Below, one piece after another: positions 24,825 to 38,229 of a stretch of 64,000 bases of DNA; the stretch's first letter is position 1; every line of letters begins with the position of its first letter. The position numbers and the translations under genes were made by a program. A model generated the notes under the pieces. That model saw nothing but the letters and a program-made list of their open reading frames with translations. It was not told where the DNA came from and did no database searches. Source of the DNA: Paraphysomonas bandaiensis (Eukaryota > Protista > Chrysophyceae); NCBI GenBank assembly GCA_965644295.1, contig CBFFRP010000288.1, positions 1 to 64,000 of the forward strand, read 5' to 3'.

Positions 24825-24912
24825 ACCTGCTGGTGCGTCACCAGTTTCGCTCTGTCTTTAAGGTGAAGAGCCCAGATGCCTGACTTTATTAGGCAGCCCA
24901 ATACCCTGGATT
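24825..24912 (-). mobile_element. Internal fragment of the SINE-like element
   Basis: Reverse complement GGGTATTGGGCTGCC...TTCACCTTAAAGACAGAGCGAAA...GTGACGCACCAGCAG. Confidence 0.75.
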
Positions 24913-25242
24913 CCTTTGTACCAGTTCATATTGTGCGATTATATCCATTACAATACCTTTCCCGAAAAATAAGGATGTCAAAAAAGTAAATACTATTGAT
25001 GTCAGGCTCGCTTGATATCTAGTGTATGGTTTTATGTTGAAGTTCGTGTTGTCGAAAACCATATTTAGTATTCTACTTCCAACTTTCAATTAATTAAAAA
25101 TGCAGTTGTGGCACAATAATAGCAGAAAAGGTAAAGGTATGGGCTCATAACCGACATCTCCTGCTAACTGAATATCGGTTCTATAAATGTAACTCAACAC
25201 GCAGTATACTAGCTGGCTAGCAGAAGAACAAGCGATTTTAGC

Positions 25243-27907
25243 TTAGAGCTTGTCAAGGTACCTATCAAGTGGTGGGCACTCTGGGGAGAGACCCTTTCTC
25301 GTACGAATAGCAGAAATAACCTTTCCAAGCTTGCTGTCAAGGTCACGGAAAGTTCCGTTGTCCATGAGAGCCCAGTGGTCGAACTGAAGTTGCGAGAACG
25401 CAGCACCTGAGGTGGCCTCAGCAAGGGACTGGGAGAATCCGAATGACTCCGCAACAGGAAGATGGGCCCTCATGTTGGCGACACCACCAGCAAGTGCTCC
25501 TCCCTCGTCGAAAACCTGACCACGCCTCATAGAAAGTACGTTGTAGATAGATCCAGTGATATTCTGAGGACAGGTGATATTCACCAAGAAAACAGGCTCG
25601 AGAAGAGCAGGAGAAGCCTGGTAGATACCGGCGTAGGTCACACGGCGAGAAGTGGGTGAAATCTGACCCATGCCTCTGTGAATAGCATCAGCGTGAAGAG
25701 TAACGTCATTGAGAACCATCTTAAGACCACGAACACGTTCCTCGCAGAGAGGACCCTCGTTACATGCCCACTTGAAACCACCGACAACAGAGTCCTTAAT
25801 CTCGTTGAGGTAAGCAACACCAACGGTGCGCTCAGTGAAAACGTTAGGACCAATTTGGTCATGTCCAAAACACCAGACCTTTTGGGGGGTTGCAGCTTCT
25901 TCCCATCCCCAGTTTTCTCTCATGATACGCGATCTCTCCTTGATATCCATACCAGGACCAACCAAGTTTTCATCGAAGGCAGCGCAAATCTCGTCTGAGA
26001 GCGGCTCGGCCTGGCAAAAGAGTCTGTTGTGCTTGTTGGCAGACTTGGAGAGGACCTCACTGGACTGAGTGGTGACGGTCTCACAGTAGGTAACAACAGG
26101 ATCAGAGGTAATAAGAGGAGCACCCTTCATGAAGTCATCGGCAAGATCCTTCAAGCAGATCTCAAGGTGCAACTCACCGCAACCGGCAATGATGTGCTCA
26201 CCAGCCTCAGTGGTTTCACATTTAACCATGGGATCAGACTTAGAGAGCTTCTTCAGGCCCTCAACAAGTTTAGGAAGATCAGAAGCGTTCTTGACAGAAA
26301 CGGCCACACGCACAACAGGGGAGACGGCAAACTTCATGGTCTTAATGCAGCAAGCAGTATCATTGTTGGTAATAGTACCAGACTTGACAAGGTATGCATC
26401 AACACCAACGAGACCACAAGTGTTACCAGCAGGGATATCAGAAACAGTCTCGGTGTAACGACCCATCATAATAACCACACGCTGAATAGACTTAGAAAAG
26501 AGATCTGTCTTCTTGCCAGGAACATAGTTGGGACCGAGGATACGCACTTTCTGACCGGTGCCAACCTTTCCGGAGAACACACGTCCGAAAGCAATGAAGC
26601 GGTTGTCCGCCTGAGGAACCATCTTGGAGACATACATCATCAATGGAGCAGTGTCAGAGGTATCGCAAGTGCGGATAGCTGTAGCGGCGGCATCATCAAG
26701 AGGACCATCATAGAGGGTCTCAACACGGTAGTCCTGGGCGGCGGCAGGGGATGGAAGGTGAACGACAATCATCTCGAGGATGGCGTCGGCAGCAGGGATC
26801 CACTTCTGCATAATACGCTTGAGAAGTGGTTTGCCAGTGAGAGTCTTGCGCTCGTCCTCTGTTAGGTTGACACCAACATTCTGGGCCATGTTAAAGGCCT
26901 TGGGCACTCCCTTCTTGTTGAGCTCATTATCCATCACAGCCTTGAACATAGACATGATAGGGTCCATGATGAAAGCAACAAAAGAGCGCTTAGATCCAGT
27001 GGCTTCGTCCACACCACGGTTAGTGTTAACAGAAGGGGAGTTGATCCATTTGTTTTGTCCATTGACGGTAGCAAAAACCCAGTCGCCCCAGAGCTTCTCG
27101 GTCATCTTCTTCTCTGTTGTCTGGAATTTGGCAGCGTACACACGAGCAAAGACCTTAAGGGTGAATCCCCACTGGTGGAGACCGGAACCAAAAGCAACGG
27201 TGCCATGAGTGGGGTCGACCTGCCAGTTCTTGTCACCGAAGCGGTAAGACTCAATGATGATGTTGACGTTCTCAATAGCGGAACGCATGTTCTGGTAGAT
27301 CTCCTCACCAGTGAGCTGGAGCTCGAGGAGGGCACGATCAACCTTGTTAACCATGAGCACAGGCTTAACACGCTCAGTCATGGCCTGACGAAGCACAGTA
27401 CCAGTCTGGACAGCGACACCCTCAATAGTATCGACGACGACAAGAGCACCATCAGTCACACGAAGAGCAGCAGTGACCTCAGAAGAGAAGTCAACGTGAC
27501 CAGGGGAATCAATCAAGTTAATGAGATAAGAGTGCTTGCCGATTTCGACATCAGACACACCTTCCTCAGTGAGAACCTCCTCTCCCTTAACAACCTCACC
27601 GGCCTCCATGTTGTACTCAAAAAACATACTGATACCAGTGGACTTGATGGTGATACCTCTCTCCTGCTCATCTGCACGTGTATCCGTGTATCTTGCAGTA
27701 CCTGCATGTCTGGCAGAGATAATACCAGCCTTACAGACAAGAGAATCAGTCAAAGTAGACTTGCCATGATCGACATGAGCAATCACAGACATGTTTCTGA
27801 TGTTGTGCTTGTAGTCCATAATGGACCGCATTTGATCGGCTGTGAAATTCACCTGACATTCGAAATTAATCATAAATATACAAAAACAAGGTTGAAATTC
27901 ATACCAT
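25243..27907 (-). CDS. EEF2: Eukaryotic translation elongation factor 2 (ATG exon, then intron 27853-27904)
   Basis: IRNMSVIAHVDHGKSTLTDSL, RGITIKS, LIDSPGHVDFSSEV, NKVD, diphthamide loop HADAIHRG, C-terminal YLDKL. Confidence 0.99.
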
Positions 27908-28247
27908 GATTCAATTGATTAGCTTCTGCTATCTATTAACTGCTATATGAATAGATATGGATAATGCAATAGATCACTGCATGTATGTATGTATGTATGT
28001 ATAGATAAGAAGTGTGGACTTTAGAAGAGAAGACAGTGTCACTTCGCTATTATACTGTACGAGCCATATAAATATACGTATCTTCTATAGATAGTTTCAG
28101 TTTTCAGTTTGGTTGGGAAGGATTGGTCTTGACTGCATAGATGTGGAGAGAGTTATCAGACCCTTTCAATGCACTCCATTTCCACACTTTCCATTGTAGC
28201 AGTTTGCATTCAATAGATATTCATAGTTTACTTTATTGTCTTAAACA

Positions 28248-28859
28248 ATGACATCTGCATTCAAAGTTGTAGAATCTGTATTGAAAGTTGCATTATTACC
28301 ATCCCATATATTGCATCCACTGGAAGCTGCAAAGGATCAAATCAACGATATGTTATTTAAGTTTAACGAAGATTTAGAAGGTGTTCCAGTAGTATATTAT
28401 GATTTGAAATTCCCACCTGGGAAAGAGTATGGGAGAATAATGAATGAGCTTCCATGGTTACATGTCGATATCATTGCCAAGCTGTTGGTATTTAAGCCAC
28501 AAGTGGGACAAAAGTTGATTGGTCAAATTAACAAGGTCAGCACTCGATGTTGCTATGCGATAATATATTAATATGCGTATAGGTGTCTGATAGTCACGTG
28601 TCTCTGTTGATATGTGGTATGTTCAATGCAAGTATTTTAGAATCAGAACTGAGCTCTAAGTATAAATACAACGAGAGCACGCAATGCTGGTAAGTGTGTG
28701 GAAGTTGTGTTAACGGTTGTAAATTTAATGTTTAACAGGGAATCCAGTACGGAATATTTGTGGGAAGGAGACTATATCGAGTTTGAGGTTCGGTGCCTTC
28801 ACCACTCGCAGGGTGTATTTTATATGGATGGGGCACCATTGCGGAAATGTAATAGTTAG
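28248..28859 (+). CDS. RPA43: RNA polymerase I subunit RPA43-like (Rpb7/Rpa43 family), 3 exons
   Basis: MLFKFNEDLEGVPVVY, LVFKPQVGQKLIGQINKV-SDSHVSLLICGMFNASI; two ~47-nt introns. Confidence 0.85.
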
Positions 28860-29088
28860 ATTGAATTACGTAGTAAATGTAATAAGTAGATAATATATGT
28901 CTTAATTTAAATTACTGGTATTTCGTCGTTACTACTTTCGACTACGTTGTAGAAAGTCATGTGTATAGGTGAGAGTTGATCGGACAAGGGCAACTTTATC
29001 CTTTATCCTAACATTGGATTTTTGACAACATACAATGTCTGTAGTTATATCAGAAATTTCGATACGTCATTACTGTATTCGTATTAAA

Positions 29089-29237
29089 TAGCTATATGCG
29101 AGTACAATTCATAACTAGGTTTAATACTATAATTGGCTAGGTTGAGTCATTTATTGCTTTGACTAGGTTTTTACACCGAAAATAGTATGACTAGGAAATT
29201 CAACCAATTTTTGACTGCGTTGAATAATATATCTCTA
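29089..29237 (+). repeat. Left copy of a ~147-bp inverted-repeat pair with internal GACTAGG motifs
   Basis: Reverse complement of 39983-40129 with few mismatches. Confidence 0.9.
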
Positions 29238-30199
29238 CTAAATCTATTTAGATGAAATTCAGATTGAAGCTTAGTAATAGTACGAAGAATGTTGTGATTA
29301 CTAGAATGTAAAGTGATGAACACAGTAATGTAGAAAAGTTAATAGTAATGCAATCACACAATCACACACAACGGAATTGTTAGAAGTTATAAGTAGAACT
29401 GACAACTGACAGTAACAATCATTATGATGACGATCACGTATCTTCAACAGATACTATCATCAATTATTACACATATATATTATACTATCTTATATTACGA
29501 TGAATCCTAATAGATGCGAGTAATGATGATTCGCTGTCACAAATGACTTAGATCTTCTGCTGTAGTTGTTGTTGTCAGACTTTCTGGTTGAAGTTTTCTT
29601 CCAGCATCCTGTCGAATTGTATGATCAGTTTCAGAATTACACATTTGAACATCACGTTAATGGTTCTATAGTGTAGAACCTTTAACTAGCTATGTGTAGT
29701 TTGTGCGTTTGTACGGGTAATGATTACGTTAGAAATTAATATACGCACTAAAATTGATGGTATTAAAAGTGTTGATCAATAATTATTTGCTGTTTTGACT
29801 TCAATTATTTCAAAACCAATAGTTTAACAAATAGTTACAACTAATTGAAAACCAATTAAGTGCTACGCAGCCCGGATCAGTACTATTTATTGAACCTCAA
29901 TACTAAAGAAAACATATATTATTGCAACAATATATAACAATATACTTTTTCTTTTCTACTTCTGCATCTAAATTTTGTCTAGTATTAGATTTGTAGAATT
30001 ATTTTGTACTATATGTCATTAATTCCAATAACTTCGCTATACGACTTATGAATTACACTTATTTGACTGTATCAGAAGCGTTTCTTTCAGTGATATAGCA
30101 ATATAAATAATAGGGAAATTGTTATATAAAGCCATACATAGAAAACACTAACTATAAAAACAGTATGTATAATGTGAACATAGCATGCAACAGCATAAT

Positions 30200-30606
30200 T
30201 CCCTCACAACAAAGTCAGACTCGCACCTCTTCGTGGTGTTATTTACTTCTCGGATAAGCACCGGAGATAAAGCTATCGTGAGCCGCATATATAGTCAGCA
30301 GATATTGTTCTTCCCACTTATAGCCTAATGATGGTGTGGTACAAGGGCCTTGACGAATAAATAGGCATCCGGGAATTGGCCCAACTCAAGGGCATCCGGG
30401 GTATTGGGCTGCCTACTGAAGTCAAGCATCCGGGATCTTCACCGTAAGGACAGAGAGCGAAAGTGGTTGTACCTTGGTGCTTGCGGTGACGCACAAGCAG
30501 CTTTCGTAGCGCCAACGAGTAGGATATCAGAGTTTTAAGCACTAGTTAGTTAAATATTTTTGCGGCATTTGTTCTGACTCTTACACGCCTATTGCTAATA
30601 ATGAGT
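30200..30606 (+). mobile_element. SINE-like element, copy C (both ends present)
   Basis: TCCCTCACAACAAAGTCAGACTCGCACCTCTTCGTGGT ... CGCCTATTGCTAATAATGAG. Confidence 0.85.
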
Positions 30607-30863
30607 AATCAGATATTACTACTAACAGCATAATTAGGTATTTGTAGTTTGTCTATCTGTCAGGGTCGACGCTAACATTTCAAGAGTCAACTGTTTAAAG
30701 CCAAAACTATACGTTTTAACTAAAATTTAAATTATAGGTACTCCTAGTGTACAAAAGAGAGCACACACTTTCATCACTAAAATTCAGAAGGACACACATA
30801 TCTAAATATTTACGACTTCGTCTAAGTCTTAATGCAACTATGTAAAAAGTACGGGCGTATATA

Positions 30864-33542
30864 TCAGCACAGCTCGCTAGTCATAAGAGAATGATTAGCA
30901 ATAATGCCACTACCTTTAACAGGAATCGGTGGACGTTGTGGATGAGGTTTTGTGTCACAGGGTTTAGACGACGGGTCATCCTTCTTCTCTATATTCATGA
31001 CTGTACTAGAAACGCCTTTGCATACGGAACTCACAGGAGGGATATTACTTGGCGGTAAAACTAAATCTGAGAAGGTCGAAGATGATTGTACATTTAATCC
31101 AGCTGTGATAGAGTTCGCGAGTGCCGAAACTTTCGAAGTGATTGAAGAGTGAGCCTCGGTGAAAAACTCTGTAGCCACATTACATGTATCGGTCGTTTGA
31201 GATTGCTCCTGCTGAGTCAGATGCGTAGCAGATGACGAAGGCGGGGCCACAGGAGCCACGTTGTCTATATGATATGCATCTGTGGGACAGTGATGACGCG
31301 AAGTCTCGGTATTACTTCTGTTCGCAGTAGCTGAGCTATCCACGGGTATTACGTCCCACCCCACACTGCACTCAAGTTTAGACTCCCCTTCATTGCCATT
31401 ATCTTCTTTCAAACATGGCAAATGCACCAGCTCACCCATCTTCCTATTATCATTCCAAACACCCCGTCCTTTGCATCTCTCTATCATGTTGAGGCACCCG
31501 CCACATATAATGCTAACTATATTAGTGGCAGCGCGTGGCTTTTTCTTTCGTCTACCCCGTTTTTTCGGGCCGGTATGACGAACAGTGTCATCATCTGCCA
31601 GCTCGACGGATTTTGATGGAGTAGACAACACAGCATACGCACCATGCCCGTTTGTCTTGCTCCATTTTCTAAGACACTCCTCGCAAAATGAATTAGGACA
31701 ATATTTACATGAAAGAGGCGGCTCCAGAGCTCCACATAAACCACAAAAATGACTGAAACATTGCCACAAACTTCCATCTACCACAGAAAATCCAAGGCAA
31801 TACTCGTGGTATACCTTCAGGCAATGGGCCCCAGGTATACCTCGGCAATGGTCACACTCAACTAAATCACCACCGTCCTTGCACAGGTAGCAGAAGTCCT
31901 CCGTATTCCTCATGCCTTCGCTAGGTTGAGCGTCGAGATAGTCTGCATATTGGCTAAAGTAAAAGACCTCATCGAATTCTGGGTCTACTGGGGGAAGAGC
32001 AATTGTAGAGGTACTAGCAAGAGCTGAGTTGCTGGTCAAAATTGTGTTGTTGGTCAGCTCTGTCTCACTTGCTGTTGCTTTACTTGGCGATTTGTCTGCT
32101 ACCGGGGCAACAGTGGGACAAGTCTTGTTTGGCACGGACCTTCGTGCACGATTCTGCTTGCGCCCCAATTTATCAAATAAATCTTCGGTGGAGAAACGCT
32201 CGATGGCCTTTCGCGACAAAGGTCTCTCTCGCTTGCTTACACGACGGCCTATGCACTCATTTGTCGTGGAAGTATAATCTTCGGAACTCTTGCCATTAGT
32301 TTGTGTATGGTACCCGCTATTTTTGCTACTACTGGGCCCATTCCTGGGTCTACCTACTGCAACAGATCTTTCTCGTTTCCGCTTCTTCACAGGAGTATTG
32401 GAACCGGTCACACTTTTCCCTGGGGATTCGATATCTACATTCTTCAAAGGAAATGTCTTATCCTTGCCCTTTGATGGTGTACTGCGCTCAGCTTCGCTAC
32501 TCCGTTGACTATCCAGTCTGTCCAACTTCTCCGGATCCGTAATGACTGAATTCTGGATAGCTGCCGTGACAGAGGAAGATACTGGAGAAGGTTCAGTCTT
32601 TTCCACCGTAGCAGATACATTAGTGTGGTCAGATAAGTCTCCCAGCAAGGGAAGGCGGAGGGATAGGCGACTGGTGACTGCGGCAAACTCTTCCTCGCCT
32701 CGAACACAGCACATACAAACCCAGTTTTCTTGTGTATCCATAGCGACATAAGCTTTATTAGAAAGAAGGTGCAACAAACACCCGTTACAAAAAGAACGTG
32801 GGCATTGAGCACAGAGGACGAGTTTCGTGGGTGAGTCTGCACAACATGCACATAGCTCTTCATTGTATTCCCCCGGCAAGACTAGAAGGTTGTGTCGCAC
32901 AGCCTGAGCGCGGTAATTCATAAAGTTTTTCCGACAGGTTGGACAGAAATACAGCACATTAAGGTCAAAATCAACCGGTACATATGGGTGGACTTTAAGG
33001 GTGAACGTGCCACGGCCGTCTTCCTTCTTGTAACAATAAACACATTCTGTCTTGGAAAAATTGAGCTTCACACTAGGAGCAACACCGTGAGCTGTAGTGT
33101 TTGAGCCACCACTCTCACTCTTCAAAGATGATATTAATGAACTTGTGCAGTTACTTAGAAATGACTCCAGATCACCTAAGACCGTTTCTTTCTCGAGGCC
33201 TCCACAAGATCGAACACCATCAAAAAACAAGTCCCTGGCAACAATATTCAAGCACAGTGTTGTTTCACATATATCACGACAGAGTTGGAGTGCTTCTATT
33301 AATTGTTTAAAATCACTTGTTGTTATTGTCCGTATCACATGTGTACCCTGATTATCAGATTCTAGTCTTATATGCATGTTATCCATCGACTCAATATGGA
33401 CATTAGAGATACGTGAACATAAACACACACGAGCATCAGAGTAGATTAACGCATAAGACATATCTGAAAATGAATGTAATCGTAATTTCCCTCCAGGAAC
33501 GTATGTATTATCGACACGACGCTCAGCATACACTTGAAACAT
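30864..33542 (-). CDS. ADD-type and NSD-type (PHD plus C5HCH-like) zinc-finger chromatin reader; a short upstream exon is possible
   Basis: 892-aa ORF. ADD-like: CVYC...HP...FCPTC...EELCACC...LCAQCPRSFCNGCL...WVCMCC. NSD-like: EDFCYLCKDGGDLVECD...KVYHEYCL...WQCFSHFCGLC...CKYCPNSFC. Confidence 0.88.
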   Translation of the reverse strand: MFQVYAERRVDNTYVPGGKLRLHSFSDMSYALIYSDARVCLCSRISNVHIESMDNMHIRLESDNQGTHVIRTITTSDFKQLIEALQLCRDICETTLCLNIVARDLFFDGVRSCGGLEKETVLGDLESFLSNCTSSLISSLKSESGGSNTTAHGVAPSVKLNFSKTECVYCYKKEDGRGTFTLKVHPYVPVDFDLNVLYFCPTCRKNFMNYRAQAVRHNLLVLPGEYNEELCACCADSPTKLVLCAQCPRSFCNGCLLHLLSNKAYVAMDTQENWVCMCCVRGEEEFAAVTSRLSLRLPLLGDLSDHTNVSATVEKTEPSPVSSSVTAAIQNSVITDPEKLDRLDSQRSSEAERSTPSKGKDKTFPLKNVDIESPGKSVTGSNTPVKKRKRERSVAVGRPRNGPSSSKNSGYHTQTNGKSSEDYTSTTNECIGRRVSKRERPLSRKAIERFSTEDLFDKLGRKQNRARRSVPNKTCPTVAPVADKSPSKATASETELTNNTILTSNSALASTSTIALPPVDPEFDEVFYFSQYADYLDAQPSEGMRNTEDFCYLCKDGGDLVECDHCRGIPGAHCLKVYHEYCLGFSVVDGSLWQCFSHFCGLCGALEPPLSCKYCPNSFCEECLRKWSKTNGHGAYAVLSTPSKSVELADDDTVRHTGPKKRGRRKKKPRAATNIVSIICGGCLNMIERCKGRGVWNDNRKMGELVHLPCLKEDNGNEGESKLECSVGWDVIPVDSSATANRSNTETSRHHCPTDAYHIDNVAPVAPPSSSATHLTQQEQSQTTDTCNVATEFFTEAHSSITSKVSALANSITAGLNVQSSSTFSDLVLPPSNIPPVSSVCKGVSSTVMNIEKKDDPSSKPCDTKPHPQRPPIPVKGSGIIANHSLMTSELC

Positions 33543-34524
33543 ATCTTCCAGCCTTCCAAGTATCTGGATAGATGGATTCTACAGTTGGAGGCTGTGTATG
33601 AATTAGAATATCAAGTATTTACATTGCTTGAATATTAATGAAATATTCAATAACTCCATTGCACATGTTTGGAGTGAGAGTATACATATACATATATATA
33701 TATGTCGCTCATATATATTATGCATGTATGGAGTGGAAGTGGGTCATATGCAGGTAATGTACTACTATAATATCAGCTCCATTTCCATATACATACATAC
33801 TGTACGTCGTACATCTGAGTTTTGTTATTGGAATACGGACAAAAACTATTTTTGAACAAAAAATGGAGCGGACAATTTTGTTTTTGTACAAATATTCATA
33901 GTGATATACAGATATAGTGTACATCTCCACATACTATTCAAAATACTTTGGTATGACTTTTTTTTCAATTCAACTGTCCACGAATACTAAGAACTCCAAC
34001 TGTCACAATAAATCTTACATATTTCAAGCACACTTATGAGTTAAATTTTGAGTGTATTATATATCCTAGTTTTAACAAGACAGGCCCCTGTCGGGGTCTT
34101 TCGTGTATATGATACCATTTATTCTTCAACACCAATCCTATACTATCTTCCGCAAAGAAATCATTACTCCTACAAATAAACTTGTCAACTATTTAACTGG
34201 ACAAAGGGCTTTTGTCATAGTCAAGGTGGTATCATTGTGGACATTCACAGTCTGTCTGACCCACTGCGGTATAGTGTATCACAAAAAATACAAATATTGC
34301 AAACAAAAACGTTTTTTTTTCGTTTTTCGTCCACAAAAAAAAATATAACCCCTAAAAACTGAAATATAGTGTCTATTAAAGATTCCTTATTTTTGTTATT
34401 TGTGGTTGTGTTGACCTGTCGTGACAGACGTGTAGACTGACAAGAGACGGAGCTCTATGTATGTATGTCTTATTGGAATTAATAATTGCTTGGGTAACTA
34501 TTATTTATCATCAAGGCAGGAAAT

Positions 34525-35084
<560 letters not shown>

Positions 35085-35299
35085 CTTCTTTGTGGTATGA
35101 TTTATCTTGCCTGGTAAATAATAGCAAATTTTCAAGCATAGCTACTTGTTGCCGGTCTGGATATGATTTTAACTTTCCACAATTGACTTCATCTGTCGTT
35201 TTAAGCAACGATGGTTGTCACCACTCTAGCCCTGAATGCCCAAATTGCATATACATACATGTATAGGGATCTGCAAAAATAATAGTTAAAAATAAGATT

Positions 35300-37390
35300 T
35301 AAGGCTAGTCTTGGTATTTAGTATTATACACTAAAGATTATTATTAGAGATAAAGATTGAATGATAAGGCCTAATAGTATAATAGCAGGACACGTTTGAG
35401 CGGAGCGTTAGCACCACACACATGTGCGTATCTTGTACAGTCGCGTCTCATGTATAGTTTGGTAATTATTCAGTCTATTTAGTATTTCATTGTTTACATG
35501 TGTTGTATTCACGCGTTAAGGGCTATACGTGAATCAATGACTCCTAATACTCCCCCTCAATGAAATATTCATATGGCGTATACATAGATATATGAATATG
35601 AGTGTATATATTTGGAGATAGTTCTACTGAGGGTACAACCCACGAGTGCAATCACAGATTGTGAATTACACTGATGTCAACATACAACATACTCGTGGGA
35701 AACTCCGTAGATCTCTAAGTCATCCATTGTGGTCTCTTGGTTGAGTTATCTGCCGGTGGGTTAGATACTCTTGTTCTTTTATTGCTAGCAGGTGTGTTGA
35801 TACCTCCCCCCCCATTAGTGAATCCCGCAATCTGTGGAACGTGTTTGATGTGAGAGGTTTAGTTAGAATGTCGGCCAGCATCTCGTTTGTAGGCATATAA
35901 TCAACAATAATAGAGTGAGAGGCGACTTGCTCTATTATTAAGTGATCTCTGATGGCAATATGTTTTGTTCGTCGGTGGTGTACGGGGTTTAGACATAGTT
36001 GAATTGCACCTTTGAGTATGGCATGTGAAAGCCCTATCCCGAGAGTAGTGATCGTAGCCAAATAGCTTCTTGACATGCTGTTGATAGTACCATGTACTCC
36101 GCTTCTGTAGAGGATAGAGCTACAGTGGTCTGGAGTCGTGATTGCCAGGAAATGAGACAATTTCCAATAAAGAAGCAAAACGCTGTGGTCGATCTGCGAG
36201 TTAAGTTGCAGCGTGCCCAATCACTGTCAGCGAATCCAGTTAAGGTAACAGACTTCCCGGAGTACTGTAGATGTTGGAATTTGCTGGTGGTGTTGTTATC
36301 CTCCAGCAGCCTTTGCTCTCTAGAGACTTGATTTCTTTGTTGATGGCTCACAGCCATTGTTCCTTGTACCTTCCTGATATTGCCTCACCAACATTGTTAG
36401 GTGTGTTAGGTACATCATTGCTACATATGTCATTTGCATGCATAATAATTTCAACATCATTCATGTATATTTTTCTGTAACTATCATGTTTATCAGGTGT
36501 TTTGTGGTTGTACAGATATCGTTTATCAACACCACAGTGATATTATATATATTGTGTACGTTTACAATTACCCTTTTTCTGGCCTGTCTCTTACTGTGGA
36601 GACATTTCTTTACGCAACGGCTCACCTTGTGACGGTGGGGTGTCCTTACACCCGTTATTGTGCCATCCGGGCTTTGCCGGTTTCTGTCACCCTGGGAATT
36701 CACAGTGTTGATAGCTCGTTTGACCTTACGAGCAGGGTGATCACGCTTGTCGTCACCCCGTGCCTCCTTCGGCACTGTATTCCGCTGAGCTTTTGCTGTG
36801 CGGCGAGGCCTTGCCTCCTTTTCATTTGCGTAGGGTCCTCTCAAATGGCTGTGACTCCCGCCCCGTGTGGTGTCATGACGGCTATCGGTTGAACTGCTCC
36901 TCCCTGGAGCTGTTCCTTCCACGGGACATCCTGGTTCCTCTTGCGGGGGCGATACCGCGTTCTGAAAACTAAAGCGCTCGGCGGTGTACCTTCTTTCGAT
37001 TTCCGCAGCGTGTATTGGGTCATTTAACTCGATGACCCGCCCTTCATTTTCTCGTGGGGCCAATCCTCTGTAAGCAGCCACGTGGCCTCTGATGACTGTG
37101 ATTCTTGTCGTGATGTATTGGAGGCCGCCCTGTGGATCTGTGTGGGTCATTCCAACGAGGTATTGGAAGCTCTCGGCTGTTCGATTCTCTGAACTTTCTT
37201 CTTTTAGTGATGATTCGATTTCAGCGTAATAGTTTTATTTGACGTCGGGGATGCACTCATTGAAAAAGAAGACGTGGCTTGCTTGAGATTACGAAGTCCT
37301 TGAGTGAAGGTACATATATGACGTACCCTGGTCCATCCTCTCGGTATCCCTATGCAAAACTTAGGTTTTGAAGCCTAAGATCACTGAAAA
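35300..37390 (-). mobile_element. Degenerate, internally deleted Ty1/copia LTR retrotransposon
   Basis: RNase H motifs GFADSDWA, RRSTT, ISWQSRLQTTVALSSTEAEY, RTKHIAIR and MLADILTKPL in broken frames. Polypurine tract TTGAGGGGGAG at 35550-35560. RT core is absent. Outer boundaries are approximate. Confidence 0.9.
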
Positions 37391-38229
37391 GAAATGCGCT
37401 TGTTTGTAGAAAAACAAGAAAACTAAAATTTATTCTAACTTATCAAATAAGCCGGAAACACAAGCTCTCAACAAGTGTCCCGCAATCCTAAGCTCCCAAA
37501 GGACAGGTCAGTTAACTAGCTTATAACCTGCCGTAAGTAGCTAGAATAGTATGTCCTGTCTAATTCTAAATCTACTTGAAGAAAGAGTCGTCGGAAGAAA
37601 AAGAGAGAGAGAGCTCTGATTAGTTGCCTGCATGCATTGATGGACATTCCAGCAGTCGTCAAGAGGAGGCATCATTCAGTGCTAGAACACAGAGCTTCTT
37701 CGTCGAAAGATGAGACCTCCCCGTCGAAACCGAAGCAAAGATAGAAAGAAGATCACGAAGAAGAGCAGGAAGAACTCCTATATACAGAAAGTCTTCTTGT
37801 GGACACGTTCGTATGATGGCTTATGAACGTGACAACTTCAAAGCTGAAGCCCAGCTCCTCGAGCTTCAGAACCGGAAGGGGAAGAACAAGAAATTCTGTA
37901 GAATGTTATTGAAATATATAGAGAAGAGTAGAGTGTGCATTGTATGTTTTTATTGCTCTTCTTTTCAATAATTCTGTGGTGTATGTTTATAAATCAATGA
38001 CTAGCTAGAACTAGTTTGTAGCTCATTCACGTGCATAGCAATCAAACGGTTATAGTTGATCCAATTTTTATACTGAAAATAATATTAATTTGCAATATTA
38101 GTCAATAATATATCGAAATACAAATGCAGAGACTATTTATTAGCACTCTATAGTAACTAGCTAGTTTTAACGAGGAATGTACTACGTCAAAAACGTGGGA
38201 AATTTTTTTTCCCACGATTGCATATTGTT

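Noticed and set aside
25462-27909. Long plus-strand ORFs (278 and 284 aa) over EEF2, and similar antisense ORFs over PKG, CCT5, RPS30, HAS1 and the CDK
   Set aside because: Antisense shadows of codon-biased genes
29089-29237. GACTAGG motif with unique spacers as a CRISPR array
   Set aside because: The repeat is only 7-10 nt, the context is eukaryotic and there are no cas genes
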